64,000 bases of DNA, taken from assembly GCA_963665095.1 (NCBI GenBank), contig OY762069.1:5280001-5344000 (forward strand). Direction: 5' to 3'. This document shows, in pieces, positions 48,456 through 58,460 of the stretch; the stretch's first letter is position 1, and each line of letters begins with the position of its first letter. Below the pieces are notes generated by a model. The model worked only from the letters and a program-made list of their open reading frames with translations. It was not told the origin of the DNA and ran no database searches. The DNA comes from an uncultured Desulfobacter sp. (GTDB lineage: Bacteria > Desulfobacterota > Desulfobacteria > Desulfobacterales > Desulfobacteraceae). The position numbers and the translations under genes were made by a program.

Positions 48456-49228
48456 TCCGGCATGGTTCCCTTTCCAGATGGGCCGGATACACGTTTCTGG
48501 CCGTGGTGCTGGTGATAATCTGTACGGATATTGCCGGTGCGGTTACTTTTCCCATTCCGTCCCTGAAACTTGATGTGACGACGGCCACCGAGCCTGAAGA
48601 GGTGGCAGTGGTCCTTGAGATTATAGCCCTTTTAACCATCATAGCCCTGGCGCCGGCTATTTTGATCCTTATGACCCCTTTTACCCGTCTGGTGGTGGTG
48701 CTGCACTTCCTGCGCCAGGCCATCGGCACCCAGTCAAGTCCCCCCAATCAGGTGATTATCGGCCTTTCGCTGTTCATGACCTTTTTTATTATCCGTCCTG
48801 TGGCCCAGGAGGTGTATGACAGGGCCTTAAATCCATATCTTGAACGTCAGATATCCTATGAAACCGCCTTTGAAGAGGCCCAGAAGCCCATACGCAAGTT
48901 TTTACTGCTGAATACAAGGGAAGCGGATATCGCCCTGTTTGTCAAAGAAGCGGGTATGAAAAAACCTGAAACCCGGGATGATGTGTCGTTGCTGGCCCTG
49001 ATCCCGGCCTATGTGATTTCTGAGCTTAAAACCGCGTTTATCGTGGGTTTTATTCTGTATATCCCATTTCTTGTCATTGATATGGTGGTGGCCTCGGTGC
49101 TCCTGGCCATGGGGATGATGATGTTGCCACCCGTAATGATTTCCCTGCCTTTTAAGCTCATGCTGTTTGTGCTTGTGGACGGCTGGCATATGATTGCCGG
49201 TTCTATGATTAAAAGTTTCGGAGTATAG
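48452..49228 (+). CDS. fliP: Flagellar export apparatus protein
   Basis: PPNQV, SELKTAF, GMMMLPP..ISLPFKLMLFVLVDGW. Confidence 0.97.
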   Translation: MIRHGSLSRWAGYTFLAVVLVIICTDIAGAVTFPIPSLKLDVTTATEPEEVAVVLEIIALLTIIALAPAILILMTPFTRLVVVLHFLRQAIGTQSSPPNQVIIGLSLFMTFFIIRPVAQEVYDRALNPYLERQISYETAFEEAQKPIRKFLLLNTREADIALFVKEAGMKKPETRDDVSLLALIPAYVISELKTAFIVGFILYIPFLVIDMVVASVLLAMGMMMLPPVMISLPFKLMLFVLVDGWHMIAGSMIKSFGV

Positions 49229-49230
49229 GT

Positions 49231-49500
49231 ATGACCCCTGAATTCGTTATTGAATTTGCCAAGCAGGCCATTATTCTGACTATTTTACTTTCCATGCCCA
49301 TGCTGGGGTTGGGACTTATTGCAGGACTTGCCATCTCCATTTTCCAGGCCGTCACCCAGATCCAGGAGATGACCCTGACCTTTGTGCCCAAAATCATAGC
49401 TGTTTTTTTAGGGCTGCTGTTTGCCGCGCCCTGGATGATCGAAAAGATGACTACATTCACTGCCAATATTCTTGCCAATATCCCCATGTATATCCGGTGA
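49231..49500 (+). CDS. fliQ: Flagellar export apparatus protein
   Basis: FQAVTQIQEMTLTFVPKI. Confidence 0.97.
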   Translation: MTPEFVIEFAKQAIILTILLSMPMLGLGLIAGLAISIFQAVTQIQEMTLTFVPKIIAVFLGLLFAAPWMIEKMTTFTANILANIPMYIR

Positions 49501-49518
49501 CAGTGGTGAGGTGGATTT

Positions 49519-50307
49519 ATGGAACTGCTTGATCTCATTGATCCTGTCCGGTTCAGGACCTTTATGCTGGTGCTGGCACGGGTATCGGTGTTTTTATTCC
49601 TGTTTCCCATTTTTACCTCATCCGTCTTTCCCAACCGGTTGAAAATGGGACTGGTCCTGGTGTTAACCCTGCTGTTTTATACGGTGGTGCCGGTGGATCC
49701 GTCCCGATTCCCCAAAGATGTATGGACCTTTGGGCTGATGCTGGGTGCTGAAGTGCTGGTCGGGTTCTGTCTGGGGCTTTGCCTTCGGATTTTTTTTGCC
49801 GGTGTCCAGCTGGCCGGCCAGGTGATCGGTTTTCAGATCGGATTTGCCATGATTAATGTCATGGACCCCCAGAGCGGGGAGAATGTGTCTGTCATGGATC
49901 AGATCGGTTACTGGGTGTGTATAACTATATTTCTGGTGCTCAACGGACATCATATCATTATCATGTCCATGATCGACAGTTTTGAACTGGTGCCTGTGGG
50001 CGGATTTGTCATGCACCCGGCACTGATGCCAAAAATCATTGACGTGGGCGCAGGGCTGTTTGTGGCGGCTGTCAAGATCAGCGCCCCGGTCATTGCCACC
50101 CTGACCTTTGTCAATACAGGCTTCGGGTTGATTTCAAAGTTTTCCCCACAGATGAATGTCATGATAGTCGCGTTTCCGGTGAAGATAGCCGCAGGGCTGT
50201 TTTTTTTCGCACTCACCCTGCCCATCATCGCCATTGTCACCCGGGATTACCTTGAACCGTGCCGGAAACTTTTTCTGGCACTGTTATTTTATATAGGCGG
50301 AGGATAA
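49519..50307 (+). CDS. fliR: Flagellar export apparatus protein
   Basis: AGQVIGFQIGF, DPQSG, NGHH, PQMNV. Confidence 0.95.
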   Translation: MELLDLIDPVRFRTFMLVLARVSVFLFLFPIFTSSVFPNRLKMGLVLVLTLLFYTVVPVDPSRFPKDVWTFGLMLGAEVLVGFCLGLCLRIFFAGVQLAGQVIGFQIGFAMINVMDPQSGENVSVMDQIGYWVCITIFLVLNGHHIIIMSMIDSFELVPVGGFVMHPALMPKIIDVGAGLFVAAVKISAPVIATLTFVNTGFGLISKFSPQMNVMIVAFPVKIAAGLFFFALTLPIIAIVTRDYLEPCRKLFLALLFYIGGG

Positions 50308-50310
50308 AAT

Positions 50311-51387
50311 ATGGCCGAAGATCCTGAGAGCGGCGGCGAGAAAACCGAGGACGCATCGTCGCGAAAGCTCGACAAGGCAAGGGAGGAAGGCCAGGTTGCC
50401 AAAAGTGTTGAAATTCCTTCGGTCTTTGTCTTGTTGGGCGGTGTCACAGCATTGTATGCAACGGCTTTTTTTATTTATAATAATTGCGTGGAAGTGTTTC
50501 ACTTTGATTTCAGATTTGCAAGGGTTCCGGAACTGACGGCCCTGGATCTGATCCCGCTGATGGGTTTCCACTTTAAGAAAATGTTTTTTATGTGTCTGCC
50601 CGTATTTGTGGCCGTGTACGTGGTGGCGCTGATATCCAATATCGCCCAGGTGGGGTTTCACGCCTCCTGGAAGGCCCTGGAGCCCAAGCTTGGAAAGCTG
50701 AATCCCATCAACGGGTTCAAGCAGAAATTTACCTCCCGGGCCGTGATTGAATTTGTGAAATCATTGTTGAAGATCGCGGTGATTTCCCTGGTATGTTATC
50801 TGGCGGCTAAAGCTGCCCTCAACAGGATTCTGACGCTGTATGACAATACCGTTGCCCAGATTCTGTTGTTTTTTCTCATTGAATCTTTCTGGATATTTAT
50901 CAAGGTATGTCTGGTGATGATTGTCGTGGCCATCCTGGACTACGCCTATCAGAAATGGAAATTTTTAGAAGACCAGAAAATGACCAAAAAAGAGGTCAAG
51001 GATGAGCGCAAGCAGACAGAGGGTGATCCGGCTGTTAAATCCCGTATCCGCCAGCTGCAGGTGGCAGCGGCCAGAAAACGCATGATGGCCGCCGTACCCG
51101 AGGCCGATGTGGTGGTGACCAACCCAACCCGTCTGGCAGTGGCCCTTCAGTACGATAATTCAAAGATGGATGCGCCCATGGTAGTGGCCAAGGGTGCCGG
51201 TGCAGTGGCAGCCAATATCCGGAAAATTGCCAGGGAAAATGATGTGCCGCTGGTGGAAGATAAAGTATTGGCCCGGAATTTGTATAAAGCAGTAGATATC
51301 GGGCAGCAGGTTCCCTTTGAACACTACCAGGCTGTTGCGGAACTGCTGGCCTACGTGTACCGGCTTAAGAACGGCCAGACCGGTTAA
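50311..51387 (+). CDS. flhB: Flagellar export switch protein
   Basis: EKTE, EGDP.VKSRIR, VVTNPT(R) cleavage motif. Confidence 0.96.
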   Translation: MAEDPESGGEKTEDASSRKLDKAREEGQVAKSVEIPSVFVLLGGVTALYATAFFIYNNCVEVFHFDFRFARVPELTALDLIPLMGFHFKKMFFMCLPVFVAVYVVALISNIAQVGFHASWKALEPKLGKLNPINGFKQKFTSRAVIEFVKSLLKIAVISLVCYLAAKAALNRILTLYDNTVAQILLFFLIESFWIFIKVCLVMIVVAILDYAYQKWKFLEDQKMTKKEVKDERKQTEGDPAVKSRIRQLQVAAARKRMMAAVPEADVVVTNPTRLAVALQYDNSKMDAPMVVAKGAGAVAANIRKIARENDVPLVEDKVLARNLYKAVDIGQQVPFEHYQAVAELLAYVYRLKNGQTG

Positions 51388-51458
51388 GGTTTTTAAAATG
51401 GGTCTCGGACAGTCAATTTTTTGGCATCTGATGTCAAAAAACTAAACAAGGAGGATAA

Positions 51459-53564
51459 ATGGCGGCAGAAAGCGTCGGCATTATGGCAGGATTAAGGAAG
51501 GAATCATCAGATATTCTGATGGTTTTTGCCTTTATCGGCATCCTCATGGCCATGATTCTGCCCCTTCATCCCATTATTCTGGATTTTTTTCTGGCGCTCA
51601 ATATCTCCCTGGCTGTTGTCGTACTGATCACCACCATGTATACCCAGAAACCCCTGGATTTCAGCATTTTCCCCTCGTTACTGCTTATGCTTACCCTGTT
51701 CAGGCTATCCCTGAATGTGGCCTCCACCCGGCTCATCCTTTTGCACGGCAGTGAAGGTCCCGAAGCTGCCGGGGCCATTATTATGTCCTTCGGGGCCTTT
51801 GTGGTGGGTGGTAATTATGTGGTGGGACTGATTATTTTTATCATCCTGGTGCTGATTAATTTCATGGTTATCACCAAAGGTGCGGGCCGTATTGCAGAGG
51901 TGGCAGCCCGGTTTACCCTGGATGCCATGCCCGGTAAGCAGATGGCCATTGATGCGGATCTTAACGCCGGCATGATTGATGAGGTGGAGGCCGGGGAACG
52001 AAGGTCTGCCATTGCACGGGAGTCTGAATTCCACGGGGCCATGGATGGTGCATCCAAGTTTGTTCGCGGTGATGCCATTGCCGGTATTGTCATCACCCTT
52101 ATTAATATCGGGGCCGGCTTTATCATCGGTGTGGTCCAGCAGGGCATGGAACTGCGTGAAGCGCTGGGCAATTACACCCTGCTGACCGTGGGGGACGGCC
52201 TGGTCTCCCAGATTCCGGCGCTGCTGATATCTGCTGCTGCCGGCCTTCTGGTCTCCCGCTCCGGCGCGGAAAGCAAGATGGGTCAGGCCTTTGCCCAGCA
52301 TCTGTTTTCCAGCGCCACACCGGTGCTGGTGGGCTCGGTGATTATTTTTCTCATGGGTATGATTCCAGGACTTCCCTCCATTCCGTTCATGACCTTGGGG
52401 CTGACCATGGGGACCCTTGCCTGGTACTTTTTGAGAAAAGAGGAAAAAGAGGTTGAGGAGAAGCAGATTCAGAAGCAGGCGGCGGCCCAGGCCCAGGAAG
52501 AAGCACCGGGCAAACCTGAGGATGTGGATCATCTGCTGCGTCTGGATACCATGGAGCTGGAAGTGGGATATGGGTTGATCCCTCTGGTGGACAAGCAGCA
52601 GGACGGAACCCTTCTGGGGCGCATCAAAGCTATCCGGCGGCAGTTTGCCACGGAGATGGGTATCATTGTTCCCCCCATTCATATCCGGGATAACCTGAAC
52701 CTGAGTCCGGCCCAGTACCGGCTGATGATCAAGGGGGTGGAGACAGCCGGTGCCGAGCTCATGGTCAACCATTATCTGGCCATGGATCCCGGCGGGGTGG
52801 CCCAGAAAATTGAAGGCATTGAAACCATTGAACCGGCTTTTAATCTGCCGGCACTCTGGATACCCATGTCCCGGGAAGAGGAAGCCAAGTTTTCCGGCTA
52901 TACCGTGGTGGATAACTCCACGGTGATTGCCACCCATTTGACGGAGATCATCAGAAGTAATGCCCACAACCTGCTCAGCCGCCAGGATGTCCAGCATCTT
53001 TTGGACAACCTGTCAAAATCCAGTCCCAAGGTTGTGGAGGAGCTGGTGCCCGGTCTTTTAAGTGTGGGTGCCGTTCAGAAAGTGTTACAGAATCTCTTGC
53101 GGGAGCGTATTTCCGTCCGCGATCTTTTAACCATTGTTGAAACCCTGGCTGATTTTGCGCCGGCAGGCAAAGATCCGGATCTGCTGACAGAGTATGTCCG
53201 CCAGCGTATTGCCAAAGGTATGCTGGCCCCGTTCCTGCAACCTGGAAAAAAATTGCAGGTCATTACCCTGGACCGGCGGCTGGAAGAGGTATTTACCAAG
53301 AATGTCAAACGTACGGAACACGGCACCTATCTGGCCCTGGAACCGGCCCTGGTCTCTGAATTTGTCGGGGCCGTGTCAAAACAGGTGGATAAGCTGATTA
53401 CCCTGAATACCCAGCCGGTGCTCATGACCTCTCCGGTTCTGCGCCGTCACGTCCGCCGGCTGCTGGAACCGACCCTGGCCACTGTAGCGGTTGTCTCCCA
53501 TGCAGAGATTGTGGATGATATTAACCTGCAGGCTGTGGGAAAAGTGAGTTTGAAGAATGAATAA
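51459..53564 (+). CDS. flhA: Flagellar export gate protein
   Basis: RIAEVAARFTLDAMPGKQMAIDADL, GAMDGASKFVRGDA. Confidence 0.98.
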   Translation: MAAESVGIMAGLRKESSDILMVFAFIGILMAMILPLHPIILDFFLALNISLAVVVLITTMYTQKPLDFSIFPSLLLMLTLFRLSLNVASTRLILLHGSEGPEAAGAIIMSFGAFVVGGNYVVGLIIFIILVLINFMVITKGAGRIAEVAARFTLDAMPGKQMAIDADLNAGMIDEVEAGERRSAIARESEFHGAMDGASKFVRGDAIAGIVITLINIGAGFIIGVVQQGMELREALGNYTLLTVGDGLVSQIPALLISAAAGLLVSRSGAESKMGQAFAQHLFSSATPVLVGSVIIFLMGMIPGLPSIPFMTLGLTMGTLAWYFLRKEEKEVEEKQIQKQAAAQAQEEAPGKPEDVDHLLRLDTMELEVGYGLIPLVDKQQDGTLLGRIKAIRRQFATEMGIIVPPIHIRDNLNLSPAQYRLMIKGVETAGAELMVNHYLAMDPGGVAQKIEGIETIEPAFNLPALWIPMSREEEAKFSGYTVVDNSTVIATHLTEIIRSNAHNLLSRQDVQHLLDNLSKSSPKVVEELVPGLLSVGAVQKVLQNLLRERISVRDLLTIVETLADFAPAGKDPDLLTEYVRQRIAKGMLAPFLQPGKKLQVITLDRRLEEVFTKNVKRTEHGTYLALEPALVSEFVGAVSKQVDKLITLNTQPVLMTSPVLRRHVRRLLEPTLATVAVVSHAEIVDDINLQAVGKVSLKNE

Positions 53565-54663
53565 AAAAATCTATCGCGCCCCCAATATCCAGAATGCCCT
53601 TGCCAGCATCAAGGAAGAGCTGGGACCGGATGCCATGATTCTTTCCACCCGCAAGGTGCCTAAATCACCCAAAGATCCCTATGGCAAGACCATGTTTGAG
53701 GTCGAAGCCGGTCTACCTTCAGAAGGTGAAAAGGAAACTCAAGATTCTGTCCCGTTGGCGCAGATGAAGGCCCTTCAGTCGGATGTAGCTGAAATTAAAG
53801 ATATTCTTTCCGTGGCCGGTTTTGGGTCTGGCATGCCGTCCATTCTGTGCAGCCATTTTGAATCCGTGGGTGTGCTGGCCTCACTGCTGCGCTGTGGCGT
53901 GAGCGAGCGTCTGGCGGCGGACCTGATTGACCGGGCCGCCACCGGACTGGAAGCCGGACTGGATACAGCCGGCCGGATGAATCAGCTGAAAAAAAAGGTG
54001 ATGAATCTGTGTCTGGACCGCTTGCGTACCCAGGATTTTTTTATCCGCAGCAACAACTCCGGCCTGCCCCAGGTGGCCGCCTTTGTGGGCCCCACAGGGG
54101 TTGGAAAAACCACCACCATTGCAAAGCTTTCCGCCTTCCTGACGTTTAACCGGAAAATGCGGGTGGGGTTGATTTCCGTGGATAACTACAGGATCGGGGC
54201 CTTTGAGCAGCTGAAAGCCTATGCCGGGATCATGGGGGTCCCATGCGTGCCTGCCTTTTCCCGTCAGGATCTGTCAATCGCCCTGGACCGGATGAGGTCC
54301 ATGGACATGGTGCTCATTGATACGGCCGGCCACAGCCATTATGATAAGTCAAAAATTGATGAAATCCTTGAACTGATCCGGAACGATTTCAAAATCAGCG
54401 TTCATTTAACCTTGAGTGTTACTTCTGAATTGATTAATATGAAAGAAGCGGCGTCGGCTTTTTCCGTTTTTAATCCAGATACCTATGTATTTACAAAAAT
54501 AGATGAAACCAAGCGATGCGGCAAAATTCTCGACCAGCTGGCAAGCTTTGACCTGCCGGTGTCACTGGTGACAAACGGTCAGAAAGTGCCCGAGGATTTG
54601 ATTCTTCCGGACAACCATGAGCTGTTGAAGATAATTCTAAAAAAAGACGCCAAAGGAGATTAG
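53557..54663 (+). CDS. flhF: SRP-family flagellar GTPase
   Basis: GPTGVGKTTTIAKL, DTAG, TKIDET, GQKVPEDL. Confidence 0.95.
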   Translation: MNKKIYRAPNIQNALASIKEELGPDAMILSTRKVPKSPKDPYGKTMFEVEAGLPSEGEKETQDSVPLAQMKALQSDVAEIKDILSVAGFGSGMPSILCSHFESVGVLASLLRCGVSERLAADLIDRAATGLEAGLDTAGRMNQLKKKVMNLCLDRLRTQDFFIRSNNSGLPQVAAFVGPTGVGKTTTIAKLSAFLTFNRKMRVGLISVDNYRIGAFEQLKAYAGIMGVPCVPAFSRQDLSIALDRMRSMDMVLIDTAGHSHYDKSKIDEILELIRNDFKISVHLTLSVTSELINMKEAASAFSVFNPDTYVFTKIDETKRCGKILDQLASFDLPVSLVTNGQKVPEDLILPDNHELLKIILKKDAKGD

Positions 54664-55557
54664 GTGGACCAGGCAAAAGGACTGCGGCAGATGGCCAGAA
54701 CAAACGCCACACAGCGACGGAAAAAGGGCCCGGCCCCGGGGTCGGACAGCTACCCTAAAGTCATTGCCGTCACCTCCGGCAAGGGCGGGGTAGGCAAAAC
54801 CAATATCGTGGGAAACCTGGCCGTTGCCATGACCCGGCTGGGTAAGCGGGTTGTGGTTATAGATGCGGATGTGGGGCTGGCAAATATTGATATTGTTTTC
54901 AACTTAAGACCCCGGTACAATATTCGGCATCTCATTTCCGGGGAAAAAACACTGGCGGAAGTGATGGTGACAACAACCCATGGTATCCGTATCCTACCCG
55001 GGGGGTCAGGATTTGCCGACCTGACCCAGATGGGTGAAGGGGAAAAACTCACGCTTTTATCTGAGTTCGAGACCCTTTCTGATACCACAGATATCATCCT
55101 TCTGGATACCGGGGCCGGTATTTCATCCAACGTGCTTTATTTTAATGCGTCGTCGGACCAGTGTCTGGTGGTGGCTACTACCGAGCCTACCTCGATCACC
55201 GATGCCTATGCACTGATGAAGGTGATGTCCCAGAATTACAGTCTGAAACATTTTAAACTGGTGGTGAATATGGTGGAGAGCCAGGCCGAAGCCAAAAAGG
55301 TGTATAGCTCCCTGAGCAACGCCCTGGATAAGTTTTTAAAGAATGTGGTGCTTGAATATGCCGGATTTGTTCCCTTTGATACGGCACTGCAGAAAGCTGT
55401 TCGAAACAGAAGTATCCTTTTGGATGAAGTGGACGGCGGCCCTGCCGCAGATGCCATGACAAGGCTTGCCCGGCATTTTGTCAATGACAGCCGGACAACC
55501 CAGAACCAGGGGAATTTAAGTTTTTTTATGAACAGGGTATTTGCAGCCGCCCAATAG
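54664..55557 (+). CDS. flhG: MinD/ParA-family flagellar number regulator (FlhG/FleN)
   Basis: DQA..LR, TSGKGGVGKT, EPTSITDAYA. Confidence 0.93.
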   Translation: MDQAKGLRQMARTNATQRRKKGPAPGSDSYPKVIAVTSGKGGVGKTNIVGNLAVAMTRLGKRVVVIDADVGLANIDIVFNLRPRYNIRHLISGEKTLAEVMVTTTHGIRILPGGSGFADLTQMGEGEKLTLLSEFETLSDTTDIILLDTGAGISSNVLYFNASSDQCLVVATTEPTSITDAYALMKVMSQNYSLKHFKLVVNMVESQAEAKKVYSSLSNALDKFLKNVVLEYAGFVPFDTALQKAVRNRSILLDEVDGGPAADAMTRLARHFVNDSRTTQNQGNLSFFMNRVFAAAQ

Positions 55558-55568
55558 GAAACCAATTC

Positions 55569-56315
55569 ATGGAATACCCGCAGATAAAAAGCCGTAAAGA
55601 ATGGGAAGCCTGGCGGCAGGAGTGTATCGTCAATTATGCTTATCTGGTCAAGTACATCGCCTCCCGCTTTGCCATGCGTCTGCCTTCCAGCGTGCTTTTT
55701 GATGAACTGATGTCGGCGGGGTCTCTCGGACTTATTGATGCCGTGGATAAATTTGATCCCGGCAAGCATGTCAGTCTTGAAACCTATGCCCGGTATCGAA
55801 TCAAGGGTGCCATCCTTGATGAACTGCGCAGCATGGATACCTATTCCCGGTCCATGCGCAAAAAAATTCAGGATATCTCCAAGGCGGCAAAGACCATTGA
55901 GGACGAGAAAGGCAGGCCTGCAGAGGAAGACGAGATCTGCAATGTTCTGGGTGTGGACCTGGAAACTTACCATAATATGCTCACTGATATCCATGGGGCT
56001 GCCGTCTTAAGTCTGGATGATTTCATTAAAACCAAAAAGAACGATGCCTATTCACAGACCCGGTTTCAATCCGGACTTAAAGGAGATGAAAACCCTGAAG
56101 ATGATTTCAATCGGGCGGAGCTGAAGTCGGTATTGGCAGATGCCATCAAAAAATTGACGGAAAAAGAGCAGATTGTCGTGTCACTTTACTATTATGATGA
56201 ACTCACCCTGAAAGAGATCGGCGAAGTTTTGTCTTTAACGGAATCCCGCATTTGCCAGATTCATACGGCGGTTCTTCTGAAATTGCGGACCCGGCTTGAA
56301 AGTTATGGAAGATAA
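55569..56315 (+). CDS. fliA: RNA polymerase sigma-28 factor
   Basis: GLIDAVDKFD, RIKGAILDELR, LYYYDELTLKEIGEVL.LTESRICQIH. Confidence 0.95.
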   Translation: MEYPQIKSRKEWEAWRQECIVNYAYLVKYIASRFAMRLPSSVLFDELMSAGSLGLIDAVDKFDPGKHVSLETYARYRIKGAILDELRSMDTYSRSMRKKIQDISKAAKTIEDEKGRPAEEDEICNVLGVDLETYHNMLTDIHGAAVLSLDDFIKTKKNDAYSQTRFQSGLKGDENPEDDFNRAELKSVLADAIKKLTEKEQIVVSLYYYDELTLKEIGEVLSLTESRICQIHTAVLLKLRTRLESYGR

Positions 56316-56409
56316 ATGGCTTGAGCTGGTCTGATATTTGCTTATCTTAATTACCAGTTATCAACAGCGTAACAGTTTGTATCAGTGATTTAAAACCATA
56401 GGGGGAGTC

Positions 56410-58143
56410 ATGTCAGACCCGGTTGCAGAAGAAGACGATCTAATATCCCAGGACGATATTGACAAACTGTTGGATATGGGGGACGACGATGCGGGCGAAC
56501 TCTCCCAGGACGATATTGACAGCCTTCTCAACGGGCCTTCTCCGGATGAGGATGCTGCCGGAGAACTGTCCCAGGATGACATCGACCGGATGATGGCGGG
56601 CAGTGCGCCGGAACCGGAGGCGGCAGCGGAAGAGGAGGACGCCGGGGAGCTCTCTCAGGACGACATAGACCGCATGATGAGCGGTAATACATTGGGCGGG
56701 GATGACGATCAGGAGGATGAAGACCTTGAACTCATTTCCCAGGATGATATTGACCGGCTCATGAATGATTCTTCAGATGAAGATCCTGATGATGACGATG
56801 ACGAGATGATTTCCCTGGAGGATATTCAGAGTGTGATGGTCGATGATGATAAAGGCGATAACACCCCTGACGCGGCTGAGTCAGACCCTGGTCCTGACAC
56901 CGGGACAATGGAAAGTGCCGATACCCCGGAAGATATTGGCGCATCCCCAGAGCAAATGGAAACAGAATCAGTGCAGGAAGAGCCAGAACAGGAAGAGCCA
57001 GAACAGACAGAGCCAGAACAGACAGATGATGGGACAGCCGGTTCTGAGGCCGAAGAAGTTCCTTATGATCCCTGGGATGAGCCTATTGATGAAGGGCAGG
57101 CCATGGATGTATCCGACTGCATGATTGCCCAGGAAACCATGGACGCTCTGATTGAGGCGGGCGTGATCAGCCCGGATACACCGGCAGAAGATGCCGGGGA
57201 TGCCGGGGGAGAGCCGGAACCGGCAGATTCTGGTGATGAAGATTTGTCTTCCAATGACGATCTTTTGGACGGTTTGGACCTGATGTCAGCAACAGATGAC
57301 GCTGAGGATGATGTCACCCAGGAAGATATAGACGCCCTGCTGCAGGGGGGCGATGAAGAGGATGATTTCCTGGATGAGGATGAGGATATCCTTATTTCCC
57401 AGGATGATATTGATACCCTGCTTATGGCTGCAGATCAGGAAGATGAGGATGTCCTCGGTGACCTTTCAGGCGAGGATGACGACACATCAGAACCCCGGGA
57501 TGCCCTTGATGATGAGCTGGAAGCTGAAGATTCGGATCAGGTCGTTTTGGAAGGGATTGAAGGCGCTGAAATTCCGGAAAGGGATGACCGGAAACCCAAA
57601 GGTCCGTCAGCCGGCAAGAGAATCAAGGCCCTGCTCAGTTCAAAAGTAATGCTGGCTGCGGCTTCCGTTCTTTTATTCATGGGAATATCCGTCCCCATAA
57701 GCTATTTTCTGTTTTTTTCCAGTGATCCGGTGCCGCTTCCTGAAAAACAGTCCGGATCCCTGACGGATATTGACCTTGGGCGGGACGTTCCTTTGGCCCG
57801 TTCCGGCCTTGAAGACACGGTGATGCCGGCCACCCGCCGGTCCGGAACCATTCTTTTACCCAATTTTATTATCCTTGCCTCGGATCAGAGTAAAACCATG
57901 ACCTATGTTTATGCAGATGTCTCTATTGATTATTCGGATCAGAGAGCCTATGATGAAATTAGTAATAATCTTGCTTTTTACCGGGATTTGATCTATGGGG
58001 CGATTCAGGCCCGGCTGGTGTCGGAAAAGAACAACGAAGTAACCAAGGCCGATCTGCTGTGGGACGTGGAAACCTCCCTGAAAAAAGTGCTGCCGCCCCA
58101 TTATTTTGACAGGATCACGTTTAAAACCTTTAAAGCCACTTAA
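56410..58143 (+). CDS. FliL-like membrane protein with long acidic tail carrying repeated SQDDID (FliM-N-like) motifs
   Basis: Six exact SQDDID plus TQEDID; TM about 57646-57717; C-terminal FliL-like region (LPNFII...YVYADVSI...RDLIY). Confidence 0.75.
   Translation: MSDPVAEEDDLISQDDIDKLLDMGDDDAGELSQDDIDSLLNGPSPDEDAAGELSQDDIDRMMAGSAPEPEAAAEEEDAGELSQDDIDRMMSGNTLGGDDDQEDEDLELISQDDIDRLMNDSSDEDPDDDDDEMISLEDIQSVMVDDDKGDNTPDAAESDPGPDTGTMESADTPEDIGASPEQMETESVQEEPEQEEPEQTEPEQTDDGTAGSEAEEVPYDPWDEPIDEGQAMDVSDCMIAQETMDALIEAGVISPDTPAEDAGDAGGEPEPADSGDEDLSSNDDLLDGLDLMSATDDAEDDVTQEDIDALLQGGDEEDDFLDEDEDILISQDDIDTLLMAADQEDEDVLGDLSGEDDDTSEPRDALDDELEAEDSDQVVLEGIEGAEIPERDDRKPKGPSAGKRIKALLSSKVMLAAASVLLFMGISVPISYFLFFSSDPVPLPEKQSGSLTDIDLGRDVPLARSGLEDTVMPATRRSGTILLPNFIILASDQSKTMTYVYADVSIDYSDQRAYDEISNNLAFYRDLIYGAIQARLVSEKNNEVTKADLLWDVETSLKKVLPPHYFDRITFKTFKAT
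56974..57024 (+). repeat. 15-bp in-frame tandem repeat, about 3.4 copies (QEEPE/QTEPE)
   Basis: CAGGAAGAGCCAGAA x2, CAGACAGAGCCAGAA, CAGACA. Confidence 0.85.
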
Positions 58144-58157
58144 TAAAGGTGATATTG

Positions 58158-58460
58158 ATGACCACTGTGCATGGACATAACCAGATTTTTCAGCAATCCG
58201 GTCTTGCCCAGGAGTTGAACCACCAGATCCATTCGCCCAAGCCGGATCCGAGTCAGGCTGCGGTTCAGCAGCAGGATCAGCAGGTGGTTGAAAACACAAC
58301 GGTCCAGGGCAGCGAAGATACGGTAGCCTTGAAACAGGAAAAAGAGAAAGAAAAAAAGAAGAAAGAACGCCAACTCAGAAAGGCTAAAGCCCGGAACCCT
58401 GAAAACGATCTGCCGTCGGATCCTGATGCTCCGGGCCGGCTTCTGGACACCACTGCATGA
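58158..58460 (+). CDS. Small hypothetical flagellar-cluster protein
   Basis: Gln/Lys-rich, C-terminal G.LLD motif; ATGA-coupled to the next gene. Confidence 0.6.
   Translation: MTTVHGHNQIFQQSGLAQELNHQIHSPKPDPSQAAVQQQDQQVVENTTVQGSEDTVALKQEKEKEKKKKERQLRKAKARNPENDLPSDPDAPGRLLDTTA

Noticed and set aside
51120..51132. FlhB cleavage motif NPTR instead of NPTH
   Set aside because: The catalytic Asn-Pro is intact; likely a tolerated variant
51705..52997. 430-aa antisense ORF
   Set aside because: Lies entirely opposite the highly conserved flhA and has no recognisable motifs; typical codon-bias shadow
55236..55994. 252-aa antisense ORF
   Set aside because: Shadow of flhG and fliA
56440..56760. Periodic nucleotide repeats resembling a CRISPR-like array
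   Set aside because: Repeats vary at synonymous positions, spacers are multiples of three and all lie in one ORF; they are protein motif repeats and no cas genes are present
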